Below, piece by piece: positions 27,470-36,615 of a stretch of DNA of 58,970 nt. The notes beneath the pieces are model-generated. The model did no database searches and was not told the origin of the DNA. It saw nothing but the letters and a program-made list of their open reading frames with translations. The position numbers were made by a program, and so were the translations under genes. Position 1 is the stretch's first letter, and every line of letters begins with the position of its first letter. The stretch covers positions 1-58,970 of the forward strand of contig JANYDJ010000160.1 of assembly GCA_025363675.1 (NCBI GenBank). Reading direction: 5' to 3'. The DNA is from Flavobacteriaceae bacterium. Lineage in GTDB: Bacteria; Bacteroidota; Bacteroidia; UKL13-3.

Positions 27470-28039
27470 ATGCAAACGATAAAAAAACATTTTGAAGAAG
27501 CCGCAAATGTATTACAATCATTTATAGAAGATGATTCCAATTTTGCAAGTTTGGAAAAAGCGGGAAAGTTAATGGTGGAAGCTATTGGCCGGGGAAATAA
27601 AATAATCAGTTGTGGCAATGGGGGCAGCATGTGCGATGCCATGCACTTTGCTGAAGAGCTTACCGGTCGCTACCGTAACGACCGCAAAGCCATTGCAGCC
27701 ATATCCATTAGCGACCCCAGCCATATAAGTTGTGTGGCTAACGATTATGGATACGAATATATATTTTCTCGTTATATAGAAGCGGTAGGTAACCAAGGCG
27801 ATGTACTGCTGGCTATCTCCACCTCGGGCAATTCAAAAAACATCATTAAAGCTATTGAAGCCGCAAAAAACAAAGATATATATATTGTGGGGCTAACCGG
27901 AAAAGATGGGGGGCAGATGGCGGCACTTTGCGATGTAGAAATTCGTGCACCAAAAAGTGAATTTGCCGACAGGGCTCAAGAAGTTCATATTAAATGTATC
28001 CATGCTCTAATTGACTATATCGAAAAGCACCTTGCGTAG
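27470..28039 (+). CDS. gmhA: SIS-domain D-sedoheptulose-7-phosphate isomerase
   Basis: 189 aa with [27 protein letters not shown] and QEVHIKCIH. Confidence 0.9.
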   Translation: MQTIKKHFEEAANVLQSFIEDDSNFASLEKAGKLMVEAIGRGNKIISCGNGGSMCDAMHFAEELTGRYRNDRKAIAAISISDPSHISCVANDYGYEYIFSRYIEAVGNQGDVLLAISTSGNSKNIIKAIEAAKNKDIYIVGLTGKDGGQMAALCDVEIRAPKSEFADRAQEVHIKCIHALIDYIEKHLA

Positions 28040-28101
28040 AGTTGTTTAGTTTTTTAGACGCGTTTCTTGTTTGTGGACTATTGTCCAATATAAAATTTCA
28101 A

Positions 28102-28185
28102 TTTGTTGCTTCTTTGCATTATTTTTGTATCCTCATAACGTTATGATCCGCAGTTTTCAAACCAGGTGTAGCATGCAAGCGGATC
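28102..28185 (+). promoter_or_regulatory. Candidate promoter plus structured leader of the small Lys/Cys-rich peptide gene
   Basis: TTTG is at 28102-28105 and TATTTTTG (TAnnTTTG) at 28120-28127, although the spacing is shorter than canonical. A perfect 12-nt palindrome CATAACGTTATG is at 28134-28145. A 7-bp stem GATCCGC/GCGGATC (28145-28151 / 28179-28185) encloses 27 nt. Confidence 0.3.
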
Positions 28186-28217
28186 GCATGTGAAACTTGA
28201 AAAACAAAAAAACAAAA

Positions 28218-28409
28218 ATGAAAAAATTAATGTTAATCGCTGCCCTTGTTGGTGGAATGGCATTTGCCCACGCCGATGATGGCAAAAAAGGTAAAAAAGC
28301 CTGCACTACACAAGCTGGTGGAAAAGCTTGTTGCAAAGACAAAAAAGCTTGCTGCAAAGGCAAAAAAGCTACTGCTTCTACTCCAGCCGCAACTCCAAAA
28401 GCTAACTAA
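28218..28409 (+). CDS. Small secreted Lys/Cys-rich peptide (63 aa precursor)
   Basis: The ATG start gives MKKLMLIAALVGGMAFAHA (signal), followed by DDGKKGKKACTTQAGGKACCKDKKACCKGKKATASTPAATPKAN. A strong terminator follows. Confidence 0.65.
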   Translation: MKKLMLIAALVGGMAFAHADDGKKGKKACTTQAGGKACCKDKKACCKGKKATASTPAATPKAN

Positions 28410-28429
28410 GTTTTTTGGCAGAATTCTTA

Positions 28430-28464
28430 AAAAGCCCGTTTGCAAACGCATTCGGGCTTTTTCT
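28430..28464 (+). terminator. Rho-independent terminator
   Basis: AAAAGCCCG-TTTGCAAACGCATT-CGGGCTTTTT. The AGCCCG/CGGGCT stem has an inner TGC/GCA pairing and is followed by a T-run. Confidence 0.75.
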
Positions 28465-28567
28465 ATTAATTTGAAAATCAGCAATTAAATTTATTTTTTT
28501 AGGTGCTTGTATTTTTAATACTTTTGCCTCGTTATAAAAGCAACAATTTCATCATATCAAACTATTC

Positions 28568-31500
28568 ATGTTCAAAAAAAATTCAACCAATGGCTATCGT
28601 TATATCGCTGCTTTCCTCTTAATTGTTGTTGGTTTTTACGCATCGGCCCAAGGCAATAAAAAATATCAAGGTTTATTATGGGAAATAAGCGGCAATGGGC
28701 TTAAGAAACCCAGTTATGTATACGGCACTATGCATGTGAGCAGCAAAGTGGCTTTCCACTTAGATGATTCTTTCTTTTTGGCTATTGAAAATTGTGATGC
28801 CGTAGCACTCGAAATTAATGCAGATAGTTTTATGGCCGACCTCATGCGGAGCGAACGTATGGAAGGCCGCGGGGGGTATGGCAAAATAGGATCGGTGGCA
28901 TCAGAAGATTTTTTGTTGTATGATAAGAAGAGCGAACTTTTGCACAAAGCCCTATCGCTCGACCAAAATGTGGTTAACTTCCTGATGTACCGTAGCAGCG
29001 GGTATCGGGATAATTTTGAAGAAGATACCTACTTAGATTTATATATATATAAGACCGCCAAAAAACTCAAGAAAATACATTTGGGAGTTGAAAATTGGGA
29101 GGAAAGTGAACGGCTAATGAATGAAGCAGCCAAAGCACGAAGCGACGAACCTTATGACCCTAAGCGTAGCCGTGCTGCCAACAAAATGGACATGGACAAA
29201 GAGCTGGTAGATGCTTACCGCAAAGGCGATTTGGATATGCTTGATTCTATTAACCATATCGAGGATCCTGAAAGCTATCTAGAAAAGGCCATATACCAAC
29301 GCAATAGAAATATGGTAGCTGCTATGGACTCTATGTACAAACTGGGCAAATCGTTGTTTGCCGCTGTGGGTGCAGCCCATTTGGCAGGCAAAAAAGGTGT
29401 GATTGAATATTTGCGTGATCGCGGATATACCGTGCGGGCAGTAAAACATGTAGAAAAAAATAGCAAGCGAAGAGAGCAGTTGGACAAATTGCACCACTCC
29501 CTTAATTTCATCCCACAAACGGCTACCGATGGTTCTTTTAAAGTGGAAGTTCCTGGAAGATTATATGAAACTGGCATGCGTGGAAAGATGCAACTATATC
29601 TCTGCACCGATTTAGTTAATGGTGTATACTTTGATATCTCCCGCGTAAAACTATATGCTCCGTTTGTGGGCAAAGACCAAGATTTTGTGATGAAACAAAT
29701 CGACAGTTTATTGTTTGAAAATATTCCCGGAAAAATTATTGAAATGAAAATTATCAAGAAAAATGGTTACCCCGGTTATGATATATTAAACCAAACAAAA
29801 AAAGGCGATTTTCAACGTTATCATATTATAGTTACTCCTGTAGAAGTGATGATTTTTAAAATGGCTGGCCCCGATGATTTTGTAAAGAACAAAGACGGCG
29901 ACCATTTTTTCAACTCTATAGAACTTAAAGAAACTCCTGCACCATTATGGCAAAAATACACTTCTAAAGAACATGGTTTTTCACTGATGCTTCCACACGT
30001 CCCCATTAATAATGAAACTAGCGATGAGTTCCGCTACACCATAGGCCGTTTGGATTATTTGGCGGTGGACAAAAACACTGAAAATGCATATATTATATTG
30101 CAACACAGTTATAGCAATTTAAGTTATTTGGAAGAAGATACTTTTGAACTGAACCAAATGATGGATGGTTTTGCACAGACCGAAAATGCGAAAGAGTTGC
30201 ATCGGGAAATCGTAAAACACAAAGATCACTACGCGGTAAAATCGCAGCTTGAAATAAACAACAGAAAAGTAGAAGCACTTGCTGTTTTAAAAGGATCGAG
30301 GTATTATATATTTGCCCAATCTATTCCCGAAGGAGGTAGTTTTGATAAACGGTTTATGGAGAGCATAGAATTTGTAAAACCCCAATTTAAACCACTTCAA
30401 GAATATAATGATACTGGCTTGCACTTTACCGTGAAAACTCCTTTTAAACCCAAAAAACCTGCTGAAAATAGTTATGCGTACTATAATTCTTATAGCGGCA
30501 AACAGGGCCCTCAGGAAAGTGAAACAAAAGTACAATTGTTTACCCCTCCTGAAAGTGAAGAAGCTATACGCGTAGAGTATTACAGGTATGGAAAATATAT
30601 AAGTGCTATTGATACGGGATACTTTAGACGATTGGTGATAAACAACATCAACGATTCCGATTTATATGTGGTGAAGAAAAGTGAAAAGCACGAAAAAGAT
30701 ATTCATACTTACGACGTGGTTTATGCAGACACAGCCACTGCACGCCGCCACAAATATAAGTTTGTACTTAAAGGTTCGGTATTATATACCGTGCAATGTA
30801 TGATAGATAGTACTGAGGGCGAAAGTGAATTTATTACCAGTTTCTATAATACTTTTAAGCCTACTGATACCACTATTGGGAGACCCTTATTTGTGAGCAA
30901 GGCCGACACCCTTATTAAAGATTTGTTCAGTAGTGATAGTGCTACAAAATCGCAAGCTGTGGAATCGATTAAGGATGTTTGGCTCACTGATAAATTATAT
31001 AACCTCTGGATGGGAGCCATAGATAGTTTTTATTTTACCAAAAATTATTTAGACCGTAAAGCCGATATGATAGAAGAGCTTGGTTATGGATGGCGTGGCC
31101 GCAAACGGGATACTATGATATTGGATTATCTGAAAAAAGAATATATAAAAGTGGGGGATACAACTACCCTGCAATTGGCCATCCTACGCAGCATGACACG
31201 CTTTATGACTCAGGAATCGTTTCGTACCATCAAAAATATATTGTTGAGTGAAGCCCCTATCCCATCAGGTAGTTATGAGCTGAAGGGTATATTTAACAAT
31301 GCAGAAGATTCTTTTAAACTAGCCCGCCTTTGGTTTCCTGACCTGGCCAAACTAAATACTATTGAAGAATATAAATCAGGTATATATGATTTGATGTCGT
31401 GGCTGGTGGATAGCAATTATTTGAAACCTGCCGATTATGCCGCTTACAAAGTACAAATATATAACGATGCCCGTATCACCCTAAAACGCCTTCAGGCAAA

Positions 31501-32176
31501 GGAAGAAGGCGGTTCTTCAAACAATTCGGAGTATGATGATGATTTGGTAAACTATACTTATTTGCTGCTGCCTTTTTATAATGAACCGCAAATAAAAAAA
31601 TTAATTGACAAACAATTCCAAAGCAAAAACAAAGAATTCAGAATGCGTATTGCAATTGCGATGATTAAAGCAAAAGTACCTGTAGCAGATTCTATCATTA
31701 TGGAGATTGCCCAAGACGATCAGTTGCGTTACAAACTATATCAGCGTTTGCTTAGGATAAAACGTTTAGATGTATTCCCCTCAAAATATAAAACACAAGA
31801 AGCTATTGCCCGTTCTATTTTTATGAAAGATGCTGTAAGCTCTTACAGTTACAGCAGTAGCAGCGAGAGCGAAGAAGACAAAAACAAAAAAGACAGTATC
31901 GTTTTATTAGATAAAAGACTAACCACTTTTAAGCACAAAGTCGGATATGTATATTATTACAAAGTATTAAAGAAAGATGACGAGCACAAAGAATGGTATG
32001 TTGGAATTAGTGGCATGCAGCCAGAAGACACCTCGAAAATTTCACTCGACGAAAAACTAACCAGCTCCAATACTGAACTGCTGGACGAATCGAAAAAACC
32101 AGCCGAACAATTTGAAGAACTATTATATGAAATGCGATTAAAACGTCGCCGTGGTCGTGCTGATTATGGATATTAA
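28568..32176 (+). CDS. TraB/GumN-family protein with about 900-aa C-terminal extension
   Basis: 1202 aa with a signal/anchor. TraB/GumN hallmarks are GLLWEISGNGLKKPSYVYGTMHV and FAAVGAAHLAGKKGVIEYLRDRGYTV within the first ~290 aa. I do not recognise the remainder. Confidence 0.85.
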   Translation: MFKKNSTNGYRYIAAFLLIVVGFYASAQGNKKYQGLLWEISGNGLKKPSYVYGTMHVSSKVAFHLDDSFFLAIENCDAVALEINADSFMADLMRSERMEGRGGYGKIGSVASEDFLLYDKKSELLHKALSLDQNVVNFLMYRSSGYRDNFEEDTYLDLYIYKTAKKLKKIHLGVENWEESERLMNEAAKARSDEPYDPKRSRAANKMDMDKELVDAYRKGDLDMLDSINHIEDPESYLEKAIYQRNRNMVAAMDSMYKLGKSLFAAVGAAHLAGKKGVIEYLRDRGYTVRAVKHVEKNSKRREQLDKLHHSLNFIPQTATDGSFKVEVPGRLYETGMRGKMQLYLCTDLVNGVYFDISRVKLYAPFVGKDQDFVMKQIDSLLFENIPGKIIEMKIIKKNGYPGYDILNQTKKGDFQRYHIIVTPVEVMIFKMAGPDDFVKNKDGDHFFNSIELKETPAPLWQKYTSKEHGFSLMLPHVPINNETSDEFRYTIGRLDYLAVDKNTENAYIILQHSYSNLSYLEEDTFELNQMMDGFAQTENAKELHREIVKHKDHYAVKSQLEINNRKVEALAVLKGSRYYIFAQSIPEGGSFDKRFMESIEFVKPQFKPLQEYNDTGLHFTVKTPFKPKKPAENSYAYYNSYSGKQGPQESETKVQLFTPPESEEAIRVEYYRYGKYISAIDTGYFRRLVINNINDSDLYVVKKSEKHEKDIHTYDVVYADTATARRHKYKFVLKGSVLYTVQCMIDSTEGESEFITSFYNTFKPTDTTIGRPLFVSKADTLIKDLFSSDSATKSQAVESIKDVWLTDKLYNLWMGAIDSFYFTKNYLDRKADMIEELGYGWRGRKRDTMILDYLKKEYIKVGDTTTLQLAILRSMTRFMTQESFRTIKNILLSEAPIPSGSYELKGIFNNAEDSFKLARLWFPDLAKLNTIEEYKSGIYDLMSWLVDSNYLKPADYAAYKVQIYNDARITLKRLQAKEEGGSSNNSEYDDDLVNYTYLLLPFYNEPQIKKLIDKQFQSKNKEFRMRIAIAMIKAKVPVADSIIMEIAQDDQLRYKLYQRLLRIKRLDVFPSKYKTQEAIARSIFMKDAVSSYSYSSSSESEEDKNKKDSIVLLDKRLTTFKHKVGYVYYYKVLKKDDEHKEWYVGISGMQPEDTSKISLDEKLTSSNTELLDESKKPAEQFEELLYEMRLKRRRGRADYGY

Positions 32177-32242
32177 AAATCCACATTAAACACTTTTAAT
32201 GTTCAGCAAATATATATAATATAGTTTTTTTAATTTTCGTAT

Positions 32243-33127
32243 ATGTCTATTCAAAACCCTCCTAATGGCCAGTACCTACAGCGTCTAATTATGTTGTGCG
32301 GGTTATTTTTTATGGGTTTATTTATATTTACTTTTTTAGCGGCTGCGGCTGCAGTAAAAATATATGCTATCCCCTGCGAAATATATAACTTATTTGAGTA
32401 TATAAAAAAACATCCGAACGAGGCACGAACCATTAATGCACTTATTTTTACGCAGGTAATGAGCCAGCTACTGGCTATGGCCATTCCTTTTTTGGTAGTG
32501 ATGCAGATTACTTATAGAGAACAGATGTATCATGAAACAGGTTTGCTAAAAATACCCAAAATAATTATTATAATACTGGTGTTGGTATTGGTTGTTGCCT
32601 CACTTTATCCGCAAAGTTATATAGAATATTTTAATGGGTTATTGTTTGAAAGCAATAAAGAACAATCCAATTTTATTACAGCAATGATAAAAGCAGATAA
32701 TAGCAATGAAATGCTTGTTAATATTGGGTTTATGGCCATACTTCCAGCTTTATGCGAGGAGTTTTTTTTTAGAGGTGGGGTATTCCTTTTGCTTAAAAAA
32801 CTAACTGGCAAACTGTGGTTTCCTGCCATTGTTTCTTCCCTGTTTTTTGCTCTCACCCACGACCAGCCCAGCCAAATGATTGTTATATTTTTAATGGGGC
32901 TGATGCTGGCATTTGTATACGAACTTACAGGCTCGCTTTGGATGAGCATATTGCTACATTTTGCAAACAACCTGTATTTTGTACTCGCTGATTATTATAA
33001 AGTAGGTTCAACTTTCGATTTCGCATCTTTATATAATATCATTTTGGTGGTTTTAAGTGCGGTAATCATTTCAGGTATATTTTGGTATTTATATAAAAAT
33101 CGTTTCACAGAAATTAATTACGAATGA
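32243..33127 (+). CDS. CPBP-family intramembrane glutamic endopeptidase (CAAX protease/Abi-like)
   Basis: 294 aa, polytopic. Motifs are EEFFFRG, FALTHD and LHFANN. It ends with TGA. Confidence 0.9.
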   Translation: MSIQNPPNGQYLQRLIMLCGLFFMGLFIFTFLAAAAAVKIYAIPCEIYNLFEYIKKHPNEARTINALIFTQVMSQLLAMAIPFLVVMQITYREQMYHETGLLKIPKIIIIILVLVLVVASLYPQSYIEYFNGLLFESNKEQSNFITAMIKADNSNEMLVNIGFMAILPALCEEFFFRGGVFLLLKKLTGKLWFPAIVSSLFFALTHDQPSQMIVIFLMGLMLAFVYELTGSLWMSILLHFANNLYFVLADYYKVGSTFDFASLYNIILVVLSAVIISGIFWYLYKNRFTEINYE

Positions 33128-33222
33128 GGATTTACTATACGCTCTTGTTCGTAATTTCTATATATCTTTGCCTTTAATCCTTTTGGAATATATAGTGTCT
33201 GAAAGAATTAATATATCAATCG

Positions 33223-36200
33223 ATGACCAATCATAAACAAGTATTCAATACCTCTTCCAAGCTGCGATGGCGTACGTTTCAATGGGTAACGCGTTTCGTT
33301 ATTTTTGGGTTTATCATGATTGTTCCCGTGGTGTGGATTGCTCTCTCAAAAGGATATAAACCCAACCTGCCAAGCCTTAAAAGTGATGACCCTGAAAAGA
33401 AAAAAGTGGCCAATCCTGCCACGCCAAAGTCATTTTCCGAAAAAGAATTTATCAAATATAAAGGCTTCAACGATTTTTTATCTGCTAAAAATGCCAATAA
33501 AAATTTAGCAGATATTGACAATAAAAAAACCGTGAAACGCAGAATAAGAGCTGGATTTTATGTGGACTGGGATCCCCAATCATTATATTCTTTACAGGCC
33601 CATATCGACCAAATGAATATGGTATTGCCCGAATGGTTTTTTATTAACCCACATGCCGATACCCTGGCTCCAAAAATAGATCCTGAAGGGCTTAAAGTAA
33701 TGAAACAGCACGGGGTGGAGATTGTACCCATTATCAACAATATCAACGATGAAAAAGGTGAGGGCGTTTTTGATGGTGCATTAATGAATCGTATTTTTCA
33801 TAACGACAAAAAACGTAAAAGACTCATTGATGATATTGTTAAATATTTAAAATTATATGGCCTGCAAGGCATCAATATCGACTTTGAGGAACTGGATGAA
33901 AACGATGACCAAACTATCATCGATTTTCAAAAAGAATTATATGCCAAACTACACCCTTTGGGATTAACGGTTACCCAAGATGTGATGGCTGGTAATGAAG
34001 ATTTTAATTTGAAAGAACTAGCTAAGTATAATGATTACTTATTTTTGATGGCTTACGACCAACACTATTCTACCAGTGTTCCCGGCCCGGTATGCGAACA
34101 AAAATGGATAGAAAAAGTAACAGACCAAGCTGCCGCAAAAGTTCCTTCCGAAAAAATTATACTGTGTATTGCAGGCTATGGATACGATTGGCCAGATGGG
34201 ACAGAAGCTACTACAGTTAGCTACCAACAAGCTATATCAAATGCGGAAATATATAAAGCAAAAATAAAATTTGACGACAACACTTATAATAGCTCCTATG
34301 AATATACAGATGAAAATAAAAAACATCACAAAGTATATTTAGTAGATGCTCTTTGCAATTATAATACTTTGCGTTTTGCCGATGAATATGGAACCGCCGG
34401 AACTGCCATGTGGAGATTGGGCTCGGAGGATGACAGGTTATGGTCGTTTTATCAAAGAAATTTAGATAACAACGATTTAATTGTAGCCCCGTTCGATTAT
34501 AAATTGTTAAATGTTTTTACATCACGAACCCAAAAACCAAACTATGTGGGCGATGGAGAAATATTAGATGTGGTTACCAAACCACAAATAGGAAAAGTAA
34601 CTATAGAAGTAGACAGTGTAGAACAAATGATAACGGAACAACTGTATGAACAGTTCCCCACCAGCTATGTTATCCGCAAGTTTGGCAATGTAAAGAAAGA
34701 AGTGATACTCACCTTCGATGATGGCCCTGATGAGAAATATACAACAGAAATTTTAGATATATTAAAACGAGAAAAAGTGCCTGCCACTTTTTTTATTGTG
34801 GGGGTAAATGCTGAAAGCAATTTGGATGTATTAAAAAGAATATATGATGAGGGCCACGAAATAGGCAATCACACTTTCACCCATCCCAACATTGCCCATA
34901 TAAGCCTAGAAAGAGCGTATACTGAAATGGAGGCCACCCGCTTGCTGATAGAGGCTGCTATTGGGCACAGTACCATTTTGTTTCGTGCACCTTTTAATGC
35001 CGATGCCGAACCCACACGCCCCGAGGAACTTTTGCCCGTGGCCCTTAGTCGTGAAAACAACTATTATACTATTGGGGAAAGTATTGATCCACAAGATTGG
35101 AGAGTAGATGCTTCTGCTGATTCTATATATGAAAAAACAATACAACAATACGAAGAAAACCCTGCCAAAGGTATTATATTGTTGCACGATGCTGGCGGAA
35201 ACAGACAAGCGACAGTTGATGCACTGCCTCGTATTATACAATATTTTAAAAAGAAAGGCATTAAATTTACCACCGTTGCCGCCCTGCTTCACAAAAGTAA
35301 AAATGAAGTGATGCCAGTAGTAAAAGGTGGTCTGCAGGGCATTGGTAGTGGCGTTGCAAATTTTATATTTTGGTTTGAAAACTTACTGTTCGCTGCTTTC
35401 TGGGTGGCCATTACTTTAGGTATTATCAAAATTTTATTAATGGCCATATTGGCTATTATACAATATATAAAACGAAGGAAAAATATATATATACTCAATG
35501 AACCCTTCACTTCAAAAGTGAGTATTATTGTGCCAGCATATAATGAAGAGGTAAATGCCGTTAGAACTATACACAATCTGCTGTTGCAAGACTACCCCAA
35601 TTTCGATATTATTTTTGTGGACGATGGCTCCACCGATCAAACATATCATATTATAAAAAATACGTTTGATACCCATCCTCAAATAAAAGTATATACAAAA
35701 ATAAATGGCGGAAAAGCGTCAGCCCTCAATTTTGGTATCGCACAAACGGATTCGGAATATGTAATATGTATTGATGCAGACACCCATTTGCAATTCAATG
35801 CTATTAGTTGTATGATGCCCTATTTTGCTGACCACAACACGGGTGCCGTGGCTGGGAATGTGAAAGTAGGCAATGAAAGAAACATGCTTACCCGTTGGCA
35901 ATCGATAGAATATATAACAGCACAAAACTTTGACCGCAGAGCGTTTGATATACTAAATTGTATTACTGTAGTACCCGGAGCAATTGGTGCTTTCCGCAAA
36001 ACTGCTATTGAAGTTGCGGGCGGATTTACCACTGATACTTTGGCAGAGGATTGCGATTTAACGATACGGATTTTACGCAATAATTATCGTATACATAATT
36101 GCCCCAGTGCCATCGCTGTAACCGAGGCACCCGAAACTTTGAAACAATTTATGAAACAACGCTTTCGTTGGTGCTATGGTATTATGCAAAGTTTTTGGAA

Positions 36201-36600
36201 GAATAGAGATGCCTGTTTTAATCCGCAATTTAAAAAATTGGGATTGGTGGCCTTACCCAATATACTGGTATACCAAATATTGCTGCCCATGCTTGCTCCG
36301 CTTGCTGATTTGATGTTGGTATTTAGTTTATTCTGGAACCAAAACAACCCCGAAAGTGTAGAACATATATTGTTTTATTATATACTTTTTTTAGGTGCTG
36401 ACCTATTGGTTTCAGTTATTTCATTCCTTTTTGAAAAAGAAAAAATGTACAAACTTATATGGATTATACCCCAAAGATTAGTGTATCGACAATTAATGTA
36501 TATTATACTGTTTCGTTCTATTAAGAGAGCCATAAAAGGTGAAACCCAACAGTGGGGCGTACTGAAGAGAACCGGAAATGTAAAAACAATTAACAAATAA
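33223..36600 (+). CDS. Tri-domain membrane protein: GH18-like hydrolase + CE4 polysaccharide deacetylase + processive family-2 glycosyltransferase
   Basis: 1125 aa with an N-terminal TM. The GH18-like region carries GINIDFEE. The CE4 region carries LTFDDGPDE, GNHTFTHP, RAPFN and LLHDAGG. A TM block follows. The GT2 region carries IIVPAYNEE, FVDDGSTD, CIDADT, LAEDCDL and QRFRWCYG. C-terminal TM helices complete the protein. Confidence 0.9.
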   Translation: MTNHKQVFNTSSKLRWRTFQWVTRFVIFGFIMIVPVVWIALSKGYKPNLPSLKSDDPEKKKVANPATPKSFSEKEFIKYKGFNDFLSAKNANKNLADIDNKKTVKRRIRAGFYVDWDPQSLYSLQAHIDQMNMVLPEWFFINPHADTLAPKIDPEGLKVMKQHGVEIVPIINNINDEKGEGVFDGALMNRIFHNDKKRKRLIDDIVKYLKLYGLQGINIDFEELDENDDQTIIDFQKELYAKLHPLGLTVTQDVMAGNEDFNLKELAKYNDYLFLMAYDQHYSTSVPGPVCEQKWIEKVTDQAAAKVPSEKIILCIAGYGYDWPDGTEATTVSYQQAISNAEIYKAKIKFDDNTYNSSYEYTDENKKHHKVYLVDALCNYNTLRFADEYGTAGTAMWRLGSEDDRLWSFYQRNLDNNDLIVAPFDYKLLNVFTSRTQKPNYVGDGEILDVVTKPQIGKVTIEVDSVEQMITEQLYEQFPTSYVIRKFGNVKKEVILTFDDGPDEKYTTEILDILKREKVPATFFIVGVNAESNLDVLKRIYDEGHEIGNHTFTHPNIAHISLERAYTEMEATRLLIEAAIGHSTILFRAPFNADAEPTRPEELLPVALSRENNYYTIGESIDPQDWRVDASADSIYEKTIQQYEENPAKGIILLHDAGGNRQATVDALPRIIQYFKKKGIKFTTVAALLHKSKNEVMPVVKGGLQGIGSGVANFIFWFENLLFAAFWVAITLGIIKILLMAILAIIQYIKRRKNIYILNEPFTSKVSIIVPAYNEEVNAVRTIHNLLLQDYPNFDIIFVDDGSTDQTYHIIKNTFDTHPQIKVYTKINGGKASALNFGIAQTDSEYVICIDADTHLQFNAISCMMPYFADHNTGAVAGNVKVGNERNMLTRWQSIEYITAQNFDRRAFDILNCITVVPGAIGAFRKTAIEVAGGFTTDTLAEDCDLTIRILRNNYRIHNCPSAIAVTEAPETLKQFMKQRFRWCYGIMQSFWKNRDACFNPQFKKLGLVALPNILVYQILLPMLAPLADLMLVFSLFWNQNNPESVEHILFYYILFLGADLLVSVISFLFEKEKMYKLIWIIPQRLVYRQLMYIILFRSIKRAIKGETQQWGVLKRTGNVKTINK

Positions 36601-36615
36601 AAAACCCAATACTAA

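Noticed and set aside
28157-28488. Three additional ORFs overlapping the small Lys/Cys peptide gene (28157-28363 minus, 28233-28484 minus, 28246-28488 plus).
   Set aside because: They are open only because the region is AAG/GCT low-complexity. Only the 28218 frame has an ATG start, a proper signal peptide, and a stop positioned just before the terminator.
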